Below, one piece after another: positions 1-21,500 of a DNA stretch of 64,000 nucleotides; within the stretch, counting starts at the first letter, position 1; the number at the start of each line of letters is the position of its first letter. Below the pieces are notes generated by a model that saw only the letters and a program-made list of their open reading frames with translations, had not been told where the DNA came from and searched no databases. Made by a program: the position numbers and the translations under genes. The DNA lies in assembly GCA_036172245.1 (NCBI GenBank), contig JAYWIR010000034.1, positions 1,736,001 to 1,800,000 of the forward strand, written 5' to 3'. Source of the stretch: Raillietiella orientalis (Eukaryota).

Positions 1-2341
1 CGCCTGGCATCCACCAGGATCTCGCCTTCTTCCTTCTTCACCTCCTTTCCTTTTCCCCTTCCTTTTTCCGCCCGGCCAGCTTCGAATCGGCGCCGCGACC
101 CTGGATGTGGAAGGAACTGTAGGGAGGTCGACTGCAGCCGACCTTTCTCGCGAGGTTTCCGAGGTTCCGGAGCGCGGGCGAGTGAGCCAGAGTGCCAGTA
201 CGGCCTCCGCAAGAATTCGCTCGCCCGACCCTGCGCTTTTTGCCAGAGTGCTGCCCATTCCGCGTGTGTTCCCGAGAATCCACAACCGACAAGATGGCGC
301 CCTTTTGACTTTCGGCACCACGGCGAGCGGCGAGAGTGAGCTCACCAGGAACGTAACCTGGTACTCTTCAACCGCGCAACAGACGGAACGGATGCTTTAT
401 CCTCCTCTCTCTCTCCGACGTAATCTTCCTCATTTGTCCTACCCTCGGGAGGTGGTCACGCAAAGAAGAGGAATCGTGACCTACTGCACGCGAAGCTCAG
501 AAATCGTTCCCTGTCCATGCACCACCATCTTTACCGATCATTACCAGGGATTAATCCTTGATCTTTCGTGGATCCGACTTTCATTAGGATAATTGGATCC
601 AAGGGTTATGGGCAACACAACACACTCGAAGGTGTCTCATTACACGCGACGTTAGGTGCTTAGTGCACTGTTTAAACTTTCGACGAGGAGAAATTCAAGC
701 CGTTCGACTGGTCAGTTTCAACAGGTAGCCGTTTGTTTTCTATCACAAGCAGCTTCCCTCCTTAATTTGCTTCGCAGATGGGCCGGACAATGGGCGCAGC
801 ACAAATAAGCTCGTGATGGCGCGGGCGGATTTTTTTGCCCGTTCTTCTGTGGAAGAAGCAAATGGGTTTCAGCTCGTGATGACGCGCGAATTTCGCGGAA
901 ACGATTTTTCCGCACCGCCATCTTTCCTTGGTTTCATCTTTTGGGGCGTTCGTGCGTGTTTTCGTTCCCTTGGCCACCGCGCCGCTGCAGGACTGGAGCG
1001 CGTGCGAACCCGGGTCGCAGCGACGGGAAACGCGCGCCGCGGTCCAAGCGAGCGGTCGCAAGTGGTTCTCCGGATGGACTGCAGGGAGCAGTAAGAGAAG
1101 CGAACGCTCCCAGCGGACCCTGGCGGATAACGCGCGGGCAGCCAACGTGCACCGGGGCAGTCACCCGTGCACCAACTGCGTAGGAGCCAAGAACCACAGC
1201 GTTTTTTTAAAGTGGTCTCGCGCAAGCTCCGTCCCGCTGCTCTCGCATGCTCGTTTCCGGGAGCCTGCAGCAGCCGGCTCCTTCCCTGCAGGGTCTCGTT
1301 GCATCAGAGAACAACCGGAACAAACAGCAGAGGGTGCAACACGAGCGAGGAGAGAAGGTCGAGGGCGCCGCATACCCCTCACCCCCCCCTACCTCCGCTC
1401 TTTTCGTGCCGCGTCCGCTTTTGCGGCCGGCTCTTGGCCACGCGCCACTTGGCGCGCTGCTGCTGCTGCGCTTCGCGTTCCACCTTGGTTGGCTGACGAG
1501 TGCTCTTCGCGCGAGGACGCCGCTCGGTTGCTCTCAGTCGGGCTGCTGGCTGCTCGCTACAAGAGCGTGGCGGGTGTCGCCGATCTTCATGGCTCCGCGG
1601 TGCTTGGAGTCGAAGGGCACACCTTTCCTGACGACAGCAGTGGGCTTCTTACAGGAGGCAAGGTAGCAGAAGACCATGTGACTGCGAAGAAATGGAACTA
1701 CGGCTCTGTTTCCTCTTCGGGGTCTTCCGGCTCGCTCTCCTGATTGGTGTCGGGAAATTTATGGGGAGCTCTACTGCAAGCGCTTCGGGATTTTCCCGTT
1801 CTTTGGAGTTGTTATCGCTCCTCCTTCGGTTCAGCGCGCACTTTCTGTTGCGACCAGCCTCCAGCCGACAACTGCGGGTCGGCGTTTCAGGCTCCACTCT
1901 CGTTCTTGCCCGACTGGATGGTTGAGGATGAGGACTTCTTCGTCCGTGGCTTCCCTAGGGAGCCACGTGCTAGCGTGAGGCTGACCTGGCCAAATGTTCA
2001 CGGTTCGGCAAGACGCAATTCACTCTGGAGGGTCGAGGGCCGCGTGTGCTCCGCAGCGTGGAGTCCTCCCTGGCTGGCGTAGGGTTTGCCGTGCCTGAAG
2101 TTGAAAATTGCCCGGCAGATGCCTGCCAGCGCGGACTTGCAAGTTCTGGCGCACTGCGTAGCACGTGTCTCCCTCCTCCTCGGCCGCTCCTACAAAGCCC
2201 TGAGTTCCGACTCCGTGGTGATGCGGGGCTGCTGAATGCAAGCCGATCGTCCATGTGCCCGGCGTGTTGCTCGCTGGGGGGGTGGCGTTGGTGCGGGCGC
2301 GAGCAGGACTTCATCCTGTTGTTGGCGAAGAGACCGCTTAC

Positions 2342-2556
2342 CAGCGAGGCGGGCGCACTTATACGAGGGAAGGGCGAGTCGCCCCTCCCTCGTGGCGACA
2401 GCCACGTGCGCCCCGAGAATTTCCCCCCGGAAGCCTTTTTTCCGCGAGATCTTCAGCAGCATCGCGCAGGCAACCGCGCCGGAGACCTCGCCATCAAATG
2501 GGAGGTCCAGCAGCAGATCGCCGCCCACGATCTGCAGCTGGTGGTGGATCTGTATC
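2342..2556 (-). CDS. Candidate downstream C-terminal-tail exon of the class C GPCR
   Basis: A consensus donor AA|gtgagt at 4086 overlaps the in-frame TGA. This 215-nt segment has a cctag acceptor, a G|gtaagc donor and GC3-rich codons, and is open only in the phase-2 frame (KIQIHHQLQIVGGDLLLDLPF...). A further phase-1 exon 1954-1887 would end ...GKNESGA*. Confidence 0.35.
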
Positions 2557-2719
2557 CTAGGACAAGACCGGGCGCACACGACATGACCCGTCGCGTGTCT
2601 CTCAGGTGCCCTGGGCACTGACGTGTGCGCGGGAGGAGTCGCCGATCCCACACTTCTCCTCATCCGCTTCGCCCAGATCTCGCCCGTCTACTTGGCGTGG
2701 GGACTCGGGGTAGAGGCGG

Positions 2720-2824
2720 CTCTCCATTCGGATACTGACCTTGCGCACGGGCAGTATCATAGGCGAGGAAGGCGACTGAGCCGTGAGTATTGCTAGTTGA
2801 AAACTCTCCATTCGGATACTGACC
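2720..2824. repeat. Perfect 21-bp direct repeat CTCTCCATTCGGATACTGACC (2720-2740, 2804-2824)
   Basis: Read directly from the sequence; the copies are offset by 84 bp. Confidence 0.9.
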
Positions 2825-4081
2825 ACAGGTCACTGCCGTTCGCGAGGACGTCCACCCTGGACCCTCGCGTGTTTGGGGAACAGGGAAAGTGGTCTCCACG
2901 CTCTCGGCTACGAGGGCTGGGGATGCATCGGAGTGGCACGAAAACTCGTGCGGCCGCCAGCGGGCGGGCGGAGGGAGGTTCTCGTTGGCTCCTTTTCCCT
3001 GCTCTCCTGGAGTGAGGAGTGCACGTTCTCTCTCCTGAAGAAGCCTAGGGTGCCATCTAGAGGAAAGCGCCCAAACTTTCCGCTTGGTGGCATTTTCCAA
3101 GTCTTTCTCGGCGATTCAAAAGCGCGCGGAACGAGCCGCCGAGCGTAACCATGGGAGCGGTGACCTTGTGATATTCTTCTGCCGGCTCACCCTCCCCTCC
3201 TTCCTCCCCACTCTCTATTTATTTATTTGTTTTGGCCCCTGACGTTGGCCCTTGAGAACGTCCGGGGAGCGCTGCTTTTTCGTGATGCCTAGAAAGAAAG
3301 TGCCGAAGTCGAACCAGGGAGGGCAGCAGCGGCGACGACAGCAGTACGATCATCTCAGGAGGCTGCCGCCAGAGGAGCCGGCTCCTGTCTCAACGGAAGC
3401 CCCTCCAAAGGGAAGAACGACCAGAGATCGCCCTTCCGCGCGCTTGCGGGCGTCTGCCACCGCCTCGAAGGCTCTTGGACCATCGGAGGAAGCGTCCAAG
3501 GAGGGGGAGACGGGAACGCTGCCCTCTGCGTGCGGCGCGTCTCCTGCTGGCTGCCTCCGCCGTGGAGAGGGAGGAGACCGGCTAGGCAAGGGCGTCCGGG
3601 AGAGAGGTTGCCGCAGAGTGAAGTTCCTGCTCCCTCCATGACAAGAGAAATCTCTGTGGCGTTGTCGCCGAATGACGCCAGAGATGCTCCTCATGCCCCT
3701 CTGCCCTTAGACCCTCCACTCCCACCTGCCTACCCCTCTGCGTGGGAGAGCAAAGGAAACGTGCAGGAGCGAGCGTCATCCGATACACCCCGCCCCTTTG
3801 CCTCTTTTTTTTTTTTTGTCCTTCCCTTCCCTCACCCCCCCTTTATTTCTTTCCTTCCTTCTGAATGTGCCTCGGGTCGAAGGGGGGAAGGGGAGGAGCA
3901 GCAGGACAATGATGAGGGCATGTTGTCCACGTCGCACCCTCCGCCTGCCTGTTGGTCGAGGAGGAGGGAGACACTGGGATTGCCGCTGCTGCTCCGCAGC
4001 ACTGCTGCCGACGGGGAAGAGGCGGGGAAAAACGGCGGCGGAGGGTGTGGGCGGGCGGCCCGCTCCCCCCCCCCTCCCAAC

Positions 4082-12813
<8,732 letters not shown>

Positions 12814-12837
<24 letters not shown>

Positions 12838-12875
12838 GGCTTTCTGGTTTTCCCCGTAGGCAGGCCGAGCGCTCC
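12814..12875 (-). CDS. Probable first coding mini-exon of the class C GPCR (5'UTR + MLGLGIIQ, start of signal peptide)
   Basis: On the minus strand a long polypyrimidine tract and cag acceptor precede 12875. GCCATG lies at 12837, and the strong phase-0 donor CAG|gtaagg at 12814 matches the phase-0 acceptor at 8581. The joined N-terminus is MLGLGIIQGVWILCHVPARSSG. Confidence 0.6.
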
Positions 12876-13792
12876 CTGAAGTGCCGGCAGTGTCAGGAAG
12901 GGAGACGGAAAAGGGGGTACGGGGAGGGAAGGGGGGGTGAAGGGAGGCTGCGCTTGGGAGTCGTGGCCGCCGTCCTGGAAGGATTCCCGCGTGGAGGCGA
13001 AATGGGTAGGGGAGAGCAGGGAGCAACGTCACGCCGCGAGTACCGGCCCGGCCCGCTCATGCGCAAACCGCACTTCGGCCGAGGAAAGCCGCAAGCGGTG
13101 CCCGGCCGAAGAGGCGCCCTCCAGTGGGGGACCTTCCGTCCCCACGGGCGGGGGAAGGCGGTCGCACCTGCAAGAAGAGGGCGCCGGAGCAGGAAGCCTC
13201 AGATCTTCTCCCCCTCCGGCCAGGAGGAGGAGTCGACTGAGAGCCGCTGCAGCCCCTAAGGGCTCGGCTGGGGTCGTGCGAGCCCGCCCTTCCAGGTCCT
13301 CGTGACCTCGTGACCCACGCCTCCTTCCCGCGACATTTCTGGCGCGAAGACGCGCCCGGGCAGCGCCTTCTGCCATCCCGCCCAAGTCCCCACCCGGGCT
13401 GTTGGCCCTCCTGTGGTCCGGAGGGCGAAAATGGAGGCTGCGGAGGAGAAGCGCGGATGGGGTCGCCGTCCCTTGGGAAGGCCCTGAAGCCATTTTTAGC
13501 AGAGCGAAGAGGTATGAGGTGTGTTCGGAGAGGTCTCTCTGCAGAGCAGCCCGAGGCGGCGAGCTCGTTTTCCCTCCTCGCCCCAGCAGCCAGGCTTCCC
13601 CAAGTACCCCGCGGACACGGGCTCAAACCCCGGACCCTCTCCTACTCGGCAAACAACCCTGCTTTTCCAGGAAGGCATTCCTCGCGTCAAGAGGCGGTGT
13701 CCTTCGCCAGTTGGTTTCGCAAGAACTTCCTCCTCGAAGCGGTTCTTTTTTCTTCTGCTCCCTCCCCGCGGGGTCGCTCGGAAAAGCGCCAG

Positions 13793-13811
13793 CCCCCCCC
13801 CCCCCCCCCCC
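13793..13811. repeat. poly-C homopolymer (C19)
   Basis: Read directly from the sequence. Confidence 0.9.
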
Positions 13812-16800
13812 ATTGCAGGCAGATCTGCTCCTCTCGGCTTCGCAATAAGCGTTTGGGTTGGATTGTTGCGAATCGGTTACCTGGAAACCGCAGGGACGCG
13901 GCAGCGAGCGCACGGGGAGCATGGACCGATTGTACGGTGTGTGGCACTCTTTTCTGGATGTTACCCATCCTTCTCCGAACAGGACAGAATTTGAAATCAT
14001 CACAAGTGAGAGGACTGAAAAGGAGGACGAAGGTGCCACTTCGGCAGAGGTAAAAAGAATCTGCGCACGCGCGCGTGTGTGCATGCATGGAGAAAATGAC
14101 AAGCGACCCGGTGGTTGCAATGCAATTGTGAACTTCCTGTCGCATCTCCGCACTATCGACAGAACGGGTACCCTTTCAATTAACAGCAATGGAGAAATAG
14201 GGAATATATTGATTAGAATAACCTTTTGAGAGCACATAACTCACGCTATAAATCCGCGATGAGAGCTGCTTGCCAAGATGGAGCTCTCTGAAAATTCGCA
14301 ATTCCCGTATTTTCGAGTTTCCAATCCTTTTTTCTCCTCTTATCATTTTTTTTTTTTTTGAGCATTTCGTTCTGAACGGAAAGAACGCACGCGGAAGTGC
14401 CACGAAGCCTCGACTGTGGAAGTACCAAGGCTGTCTACCGTCCCACACATCTTAAGTCGCCTTTTTTCGAGAGTTGGAAAAAAGTTGAGTCTCAGATGAA
14501 CGTAGCTCAAGAACCACGTTCGTTTTCCGCAGCACACCGTGCCAGGTCACTGAGCTCGTAGCTGTCATCCCTCAGAAAATTTTGACCACGCCAGCTCGTT
14601 CAGATTTTTGCCTTCCCAGCTGGCGAACACAAAACGGAAAAAATCACAACATGCCTTGTTCTGCCTTCGTTTTTAGGCAGATCTTCTGAGATCATCTCAA
14701 TAAACAATTCGTTTTCAACTCCTGAGAGCTAAGTTCGGAAAAAGCGAGGAAATTTCCACTTCCGTTCAGCTACATCTTTGTGTGAGCAGCTTTCATATTC
14801 GCAGCCTTGGACCTTGCATCCCTTCTCCACACGGAAGATGTTCTGCATCCCAGTTTGCTCTGCAGATCGCTTCAATTTTTGTGGCTGACTCTCTATAAAA
14901 AATGTCTGACTCTTGGCATTACGAGTGTCCAAACTATGCTCAACGTGGGAGAAGATCCTGTTGACTCATTAGCCAACGTTCGAAGTCCAGAAAGGGAGAA
15001 CCAACGAATTTTCAAAAAAGACGGGACGTTGGACATTACTAATAGCCAACAGTGCTTGCATTGGCTTGTCCAGATAAGTTAACCGCACTGCCTCATATCA
15101 GTATGCAAAATATCTATCTGTCCTTGAGTCCTGGAAATCCCGATCTCTTGCGTATCTTATGCCATCCTGCTTACACAGTACTGTCAACACTGAAACCCCA
15201 TTATTTCGCTCCCGGAAAATGTGCAAAACTTCTGGCACGTTCTATCGAGTAACACGTTGTCGTGAATTCGCACTACTCAAGCGAAGAGGAAGAGCAGCCA
15301 ACGAAAATCCACGACATTCGCTGGTAAAAAAAGACGTGAAAGATTCACCACAGCAAATGCCGAAGATGCAAATGCAACAGCCAGGACCCAGGAGAAATGC
15401 TCGGCTATGTACTGGATGAAAAAAGGGAAAGAAGGAAGGGAAAGGGAGAGGAGGGTGAGGGGGAACATAGAAATGGCAGGGAAGGTATCAGTCAGACTTT
15501 ACAAAAGTCCGAACTTCGTGCTCAAAGGGTGCTTAAACTTTCGCAAGGCTTGTTGTGTCCGAGTTAATGGAACCCGCTGCTCTTCTCACAGAGCGCGCCG
15601 GTCTTAATGCGCCGTCTCACTTGTGGCTTCTTTACGACGCTCACTTCATCGAGTTCCATGAAATGCAAGAGCCAACCTTAAAGGAGGGAAGTTTTAAAAG
15701 CGAATGCTGGCAAGAGTACAATTTGTGAAATTTTCGTGTAGCGTAAAATGGATTCGTTGACCCTCCAACTCTTCACTAATTCGCAGGAAAACATTTTTGC
15801 AAGCTTTGAGGCCCTCCGAAATAAGTCAGAGGCAACACGATGTGGCTAAGCATTGTTTCAGCAAATACGTTTTCCTGCCTGGGGCATATTCAGCATAGTG
15901 GAGGGGGGAGGGGGAGGAGTGACATGATGGCTCAGTGCAGGATTCCCTGCTCACACGCCTGAGGAGAGCATCCAAGAAAAGCTGCATCCGTAGCAACAAA
16001 GCAAGTGCTTGTGATCGGGGCGGGCCCTTGACTCCCCCTAGAACCAAGCCTAAATTTAGCTAGTGGCATTTGGGATTTGTGCCGGCAGGGGCCCTCCTGT
16101 GATTTCTGTGCGTGAATGGGAGCTTTCTGAACCACTTCGAAGTTGGTGTTTTTGGAAAGAAGAAGAAAAACCTTTTGCAGGGCACAAAGGTCCTTCCTTC
16201 CTGCCCTCTGAGTTCTCCTTGCTCCTTTTCATCGGCTACCCTAAGACGTTTTTCCTTCCATTTCACTGCCAATGCGCCTTTCTCGAGAAAACGAAAAGTT
16301 TTGCTAATTTGGTGGCTCTGAAGAAGTCCTTCGCTTCAGGCCGGAATTCCACCAGTGACGGAGAGGCGATGCGTCTGCTCCATAAACGAATTCCACCAAC
16401 GCGAATGCAAATTTTGTTCCCACTTTCCGTTCTCGTTTTAACACGGTTTCTTAGGATGCTTTGGTCGTTCCAAACAACGACTGTGCAGCGATTCGATCTT
16501 TTGGTCGCTGGAAATCTCAGGGTCAAAAGCGCAAAATAGAGCGATACACCATTCCTTGCATCCTTTGTGGATGCCTGGGCATTACTGCATGCCTTGCATC
16601 CTGGGTAGATCCGTTCCCCTTTGCAGGAGCTGCTCACAGATCGGTGCGACAGATAGGTATCGAAAAAATTACGGGTTTATTACCAGGTGTGAAAGTTGCG
16701 AATAGGATGATGGACGCTCACTAAATACAAATTTAATTACAGTTGGCACCAACGCTAATTAGATTGGTTTTTAATTGCTCTAACAGAGCAAGCATTCTTT

Positions 16801-17706
16801 TGCACGGAAAGCGTGCTTTCCGACAAAAAGCGTCATTCTGTGAGCAGGGCATTGGAACATCAGACGGGATCCCATTTCCCCTATTAAAGCCCTTTCCTAT
16901 CACAAAAGGACTAACCGTGTCAATTCGTGCATTATTTGCATTTTATTTCCAAGGCTTCTCTCCAAACGATCCAGAAAGTTTGCTGATTTACTTTTCAGAT
17001 AATTAAAGCGAGCACGAAGTCGCAGATCTTCGAGTTGCCTTCGCTTTCGTTCGAAACAGTTGGGGGTGTAACTTTAATCAGCACCCCTCGGCGGGCCCTC
17101 GTTTCGGATTCTATTACGAATTCAATATTGTATTCTATCGCCGAGAAAAGTCAAGACGCTGATTCTTGGTTCTTTATGCGCTGCGCTTGCAAAAAAGGAA
17201 AGCACGCGCGCACACACATAAGTCCGCCCTGGGAGGGATATCTTGGGATTTGAGGCGAGTTTGAGCAGCTGGAGGCGGCAGCGGGTTCATTGGAGCCGAG
17301 TCATTTGTCCCCGAAATCCTGACAAGAGAAGTAAGGATTAGAAACGCCGGCAGCAGTTGACAAGTTCCATTCCAGAAAGTGAAACGAAGCTTGCATAGAA
17401 CTCCGCGGAGGTGAGTAGATGGAGCCAAACGTAGCCTGAAAGATATGTGTTTCCACGGCGGGTTCTTTCAAAGAGGAAAACTTTCAATCATCCTCTTCTG
17501 CATGGACGAATGTCGGAAAAAGTGGATCACGCCATAATACACACATCGCGCGATCGTGACAAAATGGAAAGATAAAAACTCTTCCCCTGGAGATAAGAAG
17601 ACAACAAGAAGCAAGAAGGATAAACCTTCCGCCTTTTCTTATGAAAACACAACCTCTCTCCAGTGCACGTTTTTCTTCGAAGACTGGCAAGTTGGGATGA
17701 AAGAGC

Positions 17707-18056
17707 ATGAAAGGAATTCCGCTCCTCAGGGAAGCAGCATCGCTATTCGGTGTCTCCTCCCACGAACGACTTGGGGAGAAGTCCATCATGCTATTCACTA
17801 CCAGAGTCGCAATCCGGAACCTGAGCGACGCGACTATGGGAATGCCCGGGACGGTCACATCGGTTCGTGGAGATGTCGATAAACTGCGAAGGAGACGTTC
17901 TTGCTGGACTTTGCTCTCCAGACGAAACCCATGCAAAAGCGACACGAGTTACAAGAAGACCGAGAAGTTCCTGCATCGTCCGGGAGCGATCAGCTACCTG
18001 ATGTTCCTTCTGCTCGTCTCGATTTGCCATTATGCCTCTTGGATGGCACTTGGATG
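17707..18056 (+). CDS. Candidate upstream N-terminal exons of the anoctamin (17707-17862, 17922-18056)
   Basis: Two open segments joined by a 59-nt GT-AG intron. The second ends at a phase-0 donor (ATG|gtgggc), compatible with the phase-0 acceptor at 18592. There is no family motif, so support is splice geometry only. Confidence 0.35.
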
Positions 18057-18591
18057 GTGGGCGTTTCTTACTGCTCTGGGACGATAAGCTATGTTTCATT
18101 TCTCTTGACTAAACTTTCACAAGGAAAACAGGATTTCCAACGGATGTGCTGCAGGTCGCTCCTGTTTCCCCTCATCCCCGGTTCCGATAATCTGTTGCAT
18201 ATGTTTCACACTTTCAAAACATCCATAAGCTTTCAAGAAACTGCTCTTTGCTTTTGCAGCAGCAAGTGTCCTGCTTGAACTCCAAGCTCAGGTTTCCCTA
18301 CTACTTATAGTTCCCCAAATTTTACTCGTTTTTCGCCTGCCGCGCTCTTTAAGAACCAGAGCAACTTGCAATCTTGCAAATCTCTTTCTTCTTTTCCTAA
18401 TCATTGTGGACGGAAGTTTCCAGGTAATTAGGCTGAACAAGTTGATGCACTTGGGAAAGCACGAACTGGAAAACAAGTTGAGCAAAGTTTTGCTCAGTAA
18501 TTTGAAATTTTTTTTCTTTTTTAATTTTTTGAAATTTTTAACTCGTCCTGCCTCGTTCACAAAGATTGGAGCAAGAGATCCACTATTTTAG

Positions 18592-21500
18592 GAACACGAG
18601 GGTTTCCCGAATTTCATTTCCGATACTTCTACGAGATTGAACTGCGATCCTTCCTGCTTCCACCCGGAAACGAAGAAAAAAATTGATTTCGTCATCGTGT
18701 GGACTGAAACAAAGGGAAAAAGTATGTGGAGATCTGCCGAAGACAAGCACGTGTTTCCAGAAGAACGAATTATCAAGAGAAAAATATTTCTTGAAAACTG
18801 CGTAGAAGCAGGGCTCTTTTTATGGAATGTAAGAACAAAAGAGAGAGATTTTTCGATGAGACATTCATTCAGGATCGTTTGGAGGACAAGGATGAAATCC
18901 GTAATTACGTCCTGGTGCATTGCCCTTTTCGCCTCCTCGTGGCGTACGCCGAGTACCTACATTACGTTGGGAACTTGAAGATTTTGCCGCCCGAAAACTA
19001 CAATTGGTACGACTCTTGCATCATGAGGGAGGTACCTCAGCGACCCAAGAGATACTTCTGCTGTCGGTTCTCTGCCGTGAAATACAACATGTGAGAACGC
19101 TCATTCCCCTCCTACTCTACTTGCCAAAAAGTTTCCTAGGGAGCGGCAACACCGAAACCTTCTTCTCTACTGCCCAGAGAACTCATCTCGCTTACAACAT
19201 ACTGCAGCAGATACGGTTCGGAGACGTGCGGAAGGGAGAGGTGGGCATTGAGAGCCTTGTGTTCAACAAGTCCATCACAGCAGCCTACCCGATACATGAC
19301 GTAAGTTTGCAAATGCGCGAGCTCAACAAGCGGACTTGGGTGTGCTGTTACTGACGCTCACATACCAGCCTCATTTTTGGTCTTTCTTTCTTGAATCATT
19401 TCTCATCCTTCCGGGTAAGGGATTGCGAGAATCCATGATTGTAACTCCATCAGATCTTCACGTGCCATCATTTTTTCTCTTGTCGATTTCTCATTTCGAG
19501 ACAGTCTGGAAGCAGCTTCGTAGGTCGTGCGTCAATCATTAATTGCCAGTGCTACTTACGGTCGCTGGAGAGACTCCGTGATGAGGACGTTCCGCGCGTT
19601 GCAGAGCGGGTGGAGAGATCTCAGACTGCAGACAGTTCCGGCGTCCTCAGTGTGGTCCCAAGGGAAAACGTCTCGTAAGAGGTGTTTTCAGAGTTTGAGG
19701 AAAAAGGGTGCGGAAGAGTTAAACCACTTCTTAGGGTTACTCGGGGGATAGCCAGTTCCCTCACGAGTGAATCTCCCGTTGCCAGAGTGCTCAGTGGTCT
19801 AGGCTCCTCGCAAGAGCCACCTCCCATATGCGGACCAGCAGCACGCGTTTATCCCATGAGCTTTGGCAGGAGTTCCACGGGGAGGGAGATGTGCGCTTCC
19901 ACCAGTTGGTGGAATGGTCTCTGGTTGATACCTATTCTTCGTGTTCCCGGCGGCTAGGATGAGCTGCAGGTCACATCCCTAGAAAATCTTCGGAAAACAT
20001 CTGCAGCAGTTTGAGCTTTCCTTTGGCGAATTGCACTGAGTATTCACACCTGGGAGGTGGGACTTCGGTTTATTTAAGGGATGTAGTAGACGTGCTGTGA
20101 GAATTACAAGGTTCTGAGCAGAATGCTGACTTTTGTCATACGACGGCGGGAAATCAGTGGATTCCGAAGAGAATCCAACGCAGGCCCACGAAAATCAAAT
20201 AAGCCGTTTCATTGCCCACACCTATCCCAATCACGGGAATCAGGTTTCGTCGCGACAATCCCTTCCAAAGCTGCTCAGCAAGCAGCTAGGAAGAGGCGAC
20301 GTCATGCTGACAAGAACGGAAGAGAGAAGACTTGTATTTGCCTGAATAGGAAAAAAGTAACTTTACATTTATGCACAGCAACTATCAAAAATAGAACAAG
20401 GACATGGGAAATGAGATCCGGAACTCAACCAGGAGATGATAAAAGGTTTGTTGTTGTTGAAAGAAAATCACGGATGGTGTCTGAGGGACGGTTGTTGAGA
20501 AAAGAAGGGACGAAAAAATAGAAAAGATTCAACACTCATCGAAACATCGAATTTGGGTAGCAAGTCTTCAAGTTTCCATCCGCCTTAGGGCGGATGGAAA
20601 GAGGCCTCATGGTACGTGAAGTGCTAACCGAAGATTCGTTGCGAGATTCCGATGGGCAGAGATTGCCAAGATGGAACCAGGAGTCGGTCGGCAACAGCAG
20701 TGCGGAAAAAGCCTCATAAGCAGAGTCCTGCAGATGGAACCTGTTGTGTGTAAACAGCGAACCAGGAAACACCGGATGGTACGATGGAACACCTTTGATT
20801 CTAAACCCAATATCATCAACATGGTTACTAAAATGCCTTGGAGCTCTGCAGCAGAAAAGGGAACGACAAGAACACGACGACAAGAACCGATGGCTGCAGT
20901 CCGTACTGCAAGAAAGCAGTCTTTTCGGATCTTAGTGAGGCAACCACGGCAGGTTGCCGGATCGCAAAGGGGAAGGAAGTGACTCTTGGAAATGGAGACC
21001 AGGATGGAACGGAAGCCTGTTTGAGGGATACACCCACACTGGATACACTTCTGAAGCTCTGGGTAGTCTTCAGAGAATGGTAGACTGCGTCCAAGGATGA
21101 ATGCCTTAGAAGTAGATGTCGCTAGTGAGCAGCGAAGTGACAACAACCGATCGCAAGGAAATTTGTATGCCTCGACATTTTAGGAAGAAGTGTCACGAAG
21201 GAGACTAGAGCCTCATTCTCTGGTCCTGAAGTCTTCCATGCGCAAGGTGGAATCTGTTTGTCTGTTGAACCCAGAAGGTTTCCAAGTTGAAGAAAAGTTC
21301 CCCTCCGGATATAATGCCGGAACATTCCGAAAGCATTCGCTGGATATCTCCATAAAGACTAAATCGGAATCTGAATAATGAAAATTAGGAACACAGTAAT
21401 CAACTAACCTGCCAATGCCACGCGCGCACACACACACACACGCACACACTCGTGAAATGTTACACAACTATACAATTCAATTTCTGAATGTAACTGTAAG

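Noticed and set aside
305..325. TGGTGCCGAAA primer-binding-site-like motif on the minus strand
   Set aside because: The match is short, with no LTR pair or gag/pol sequence visible.
14730..15200. Possible Tc1/mariner transposase remnant on the minus strand (W..DL.P.EH.W-like fragments)
   Set aside because: Needs several frameshifts and no terminal inverted repeats were found; too weak without a profile search.
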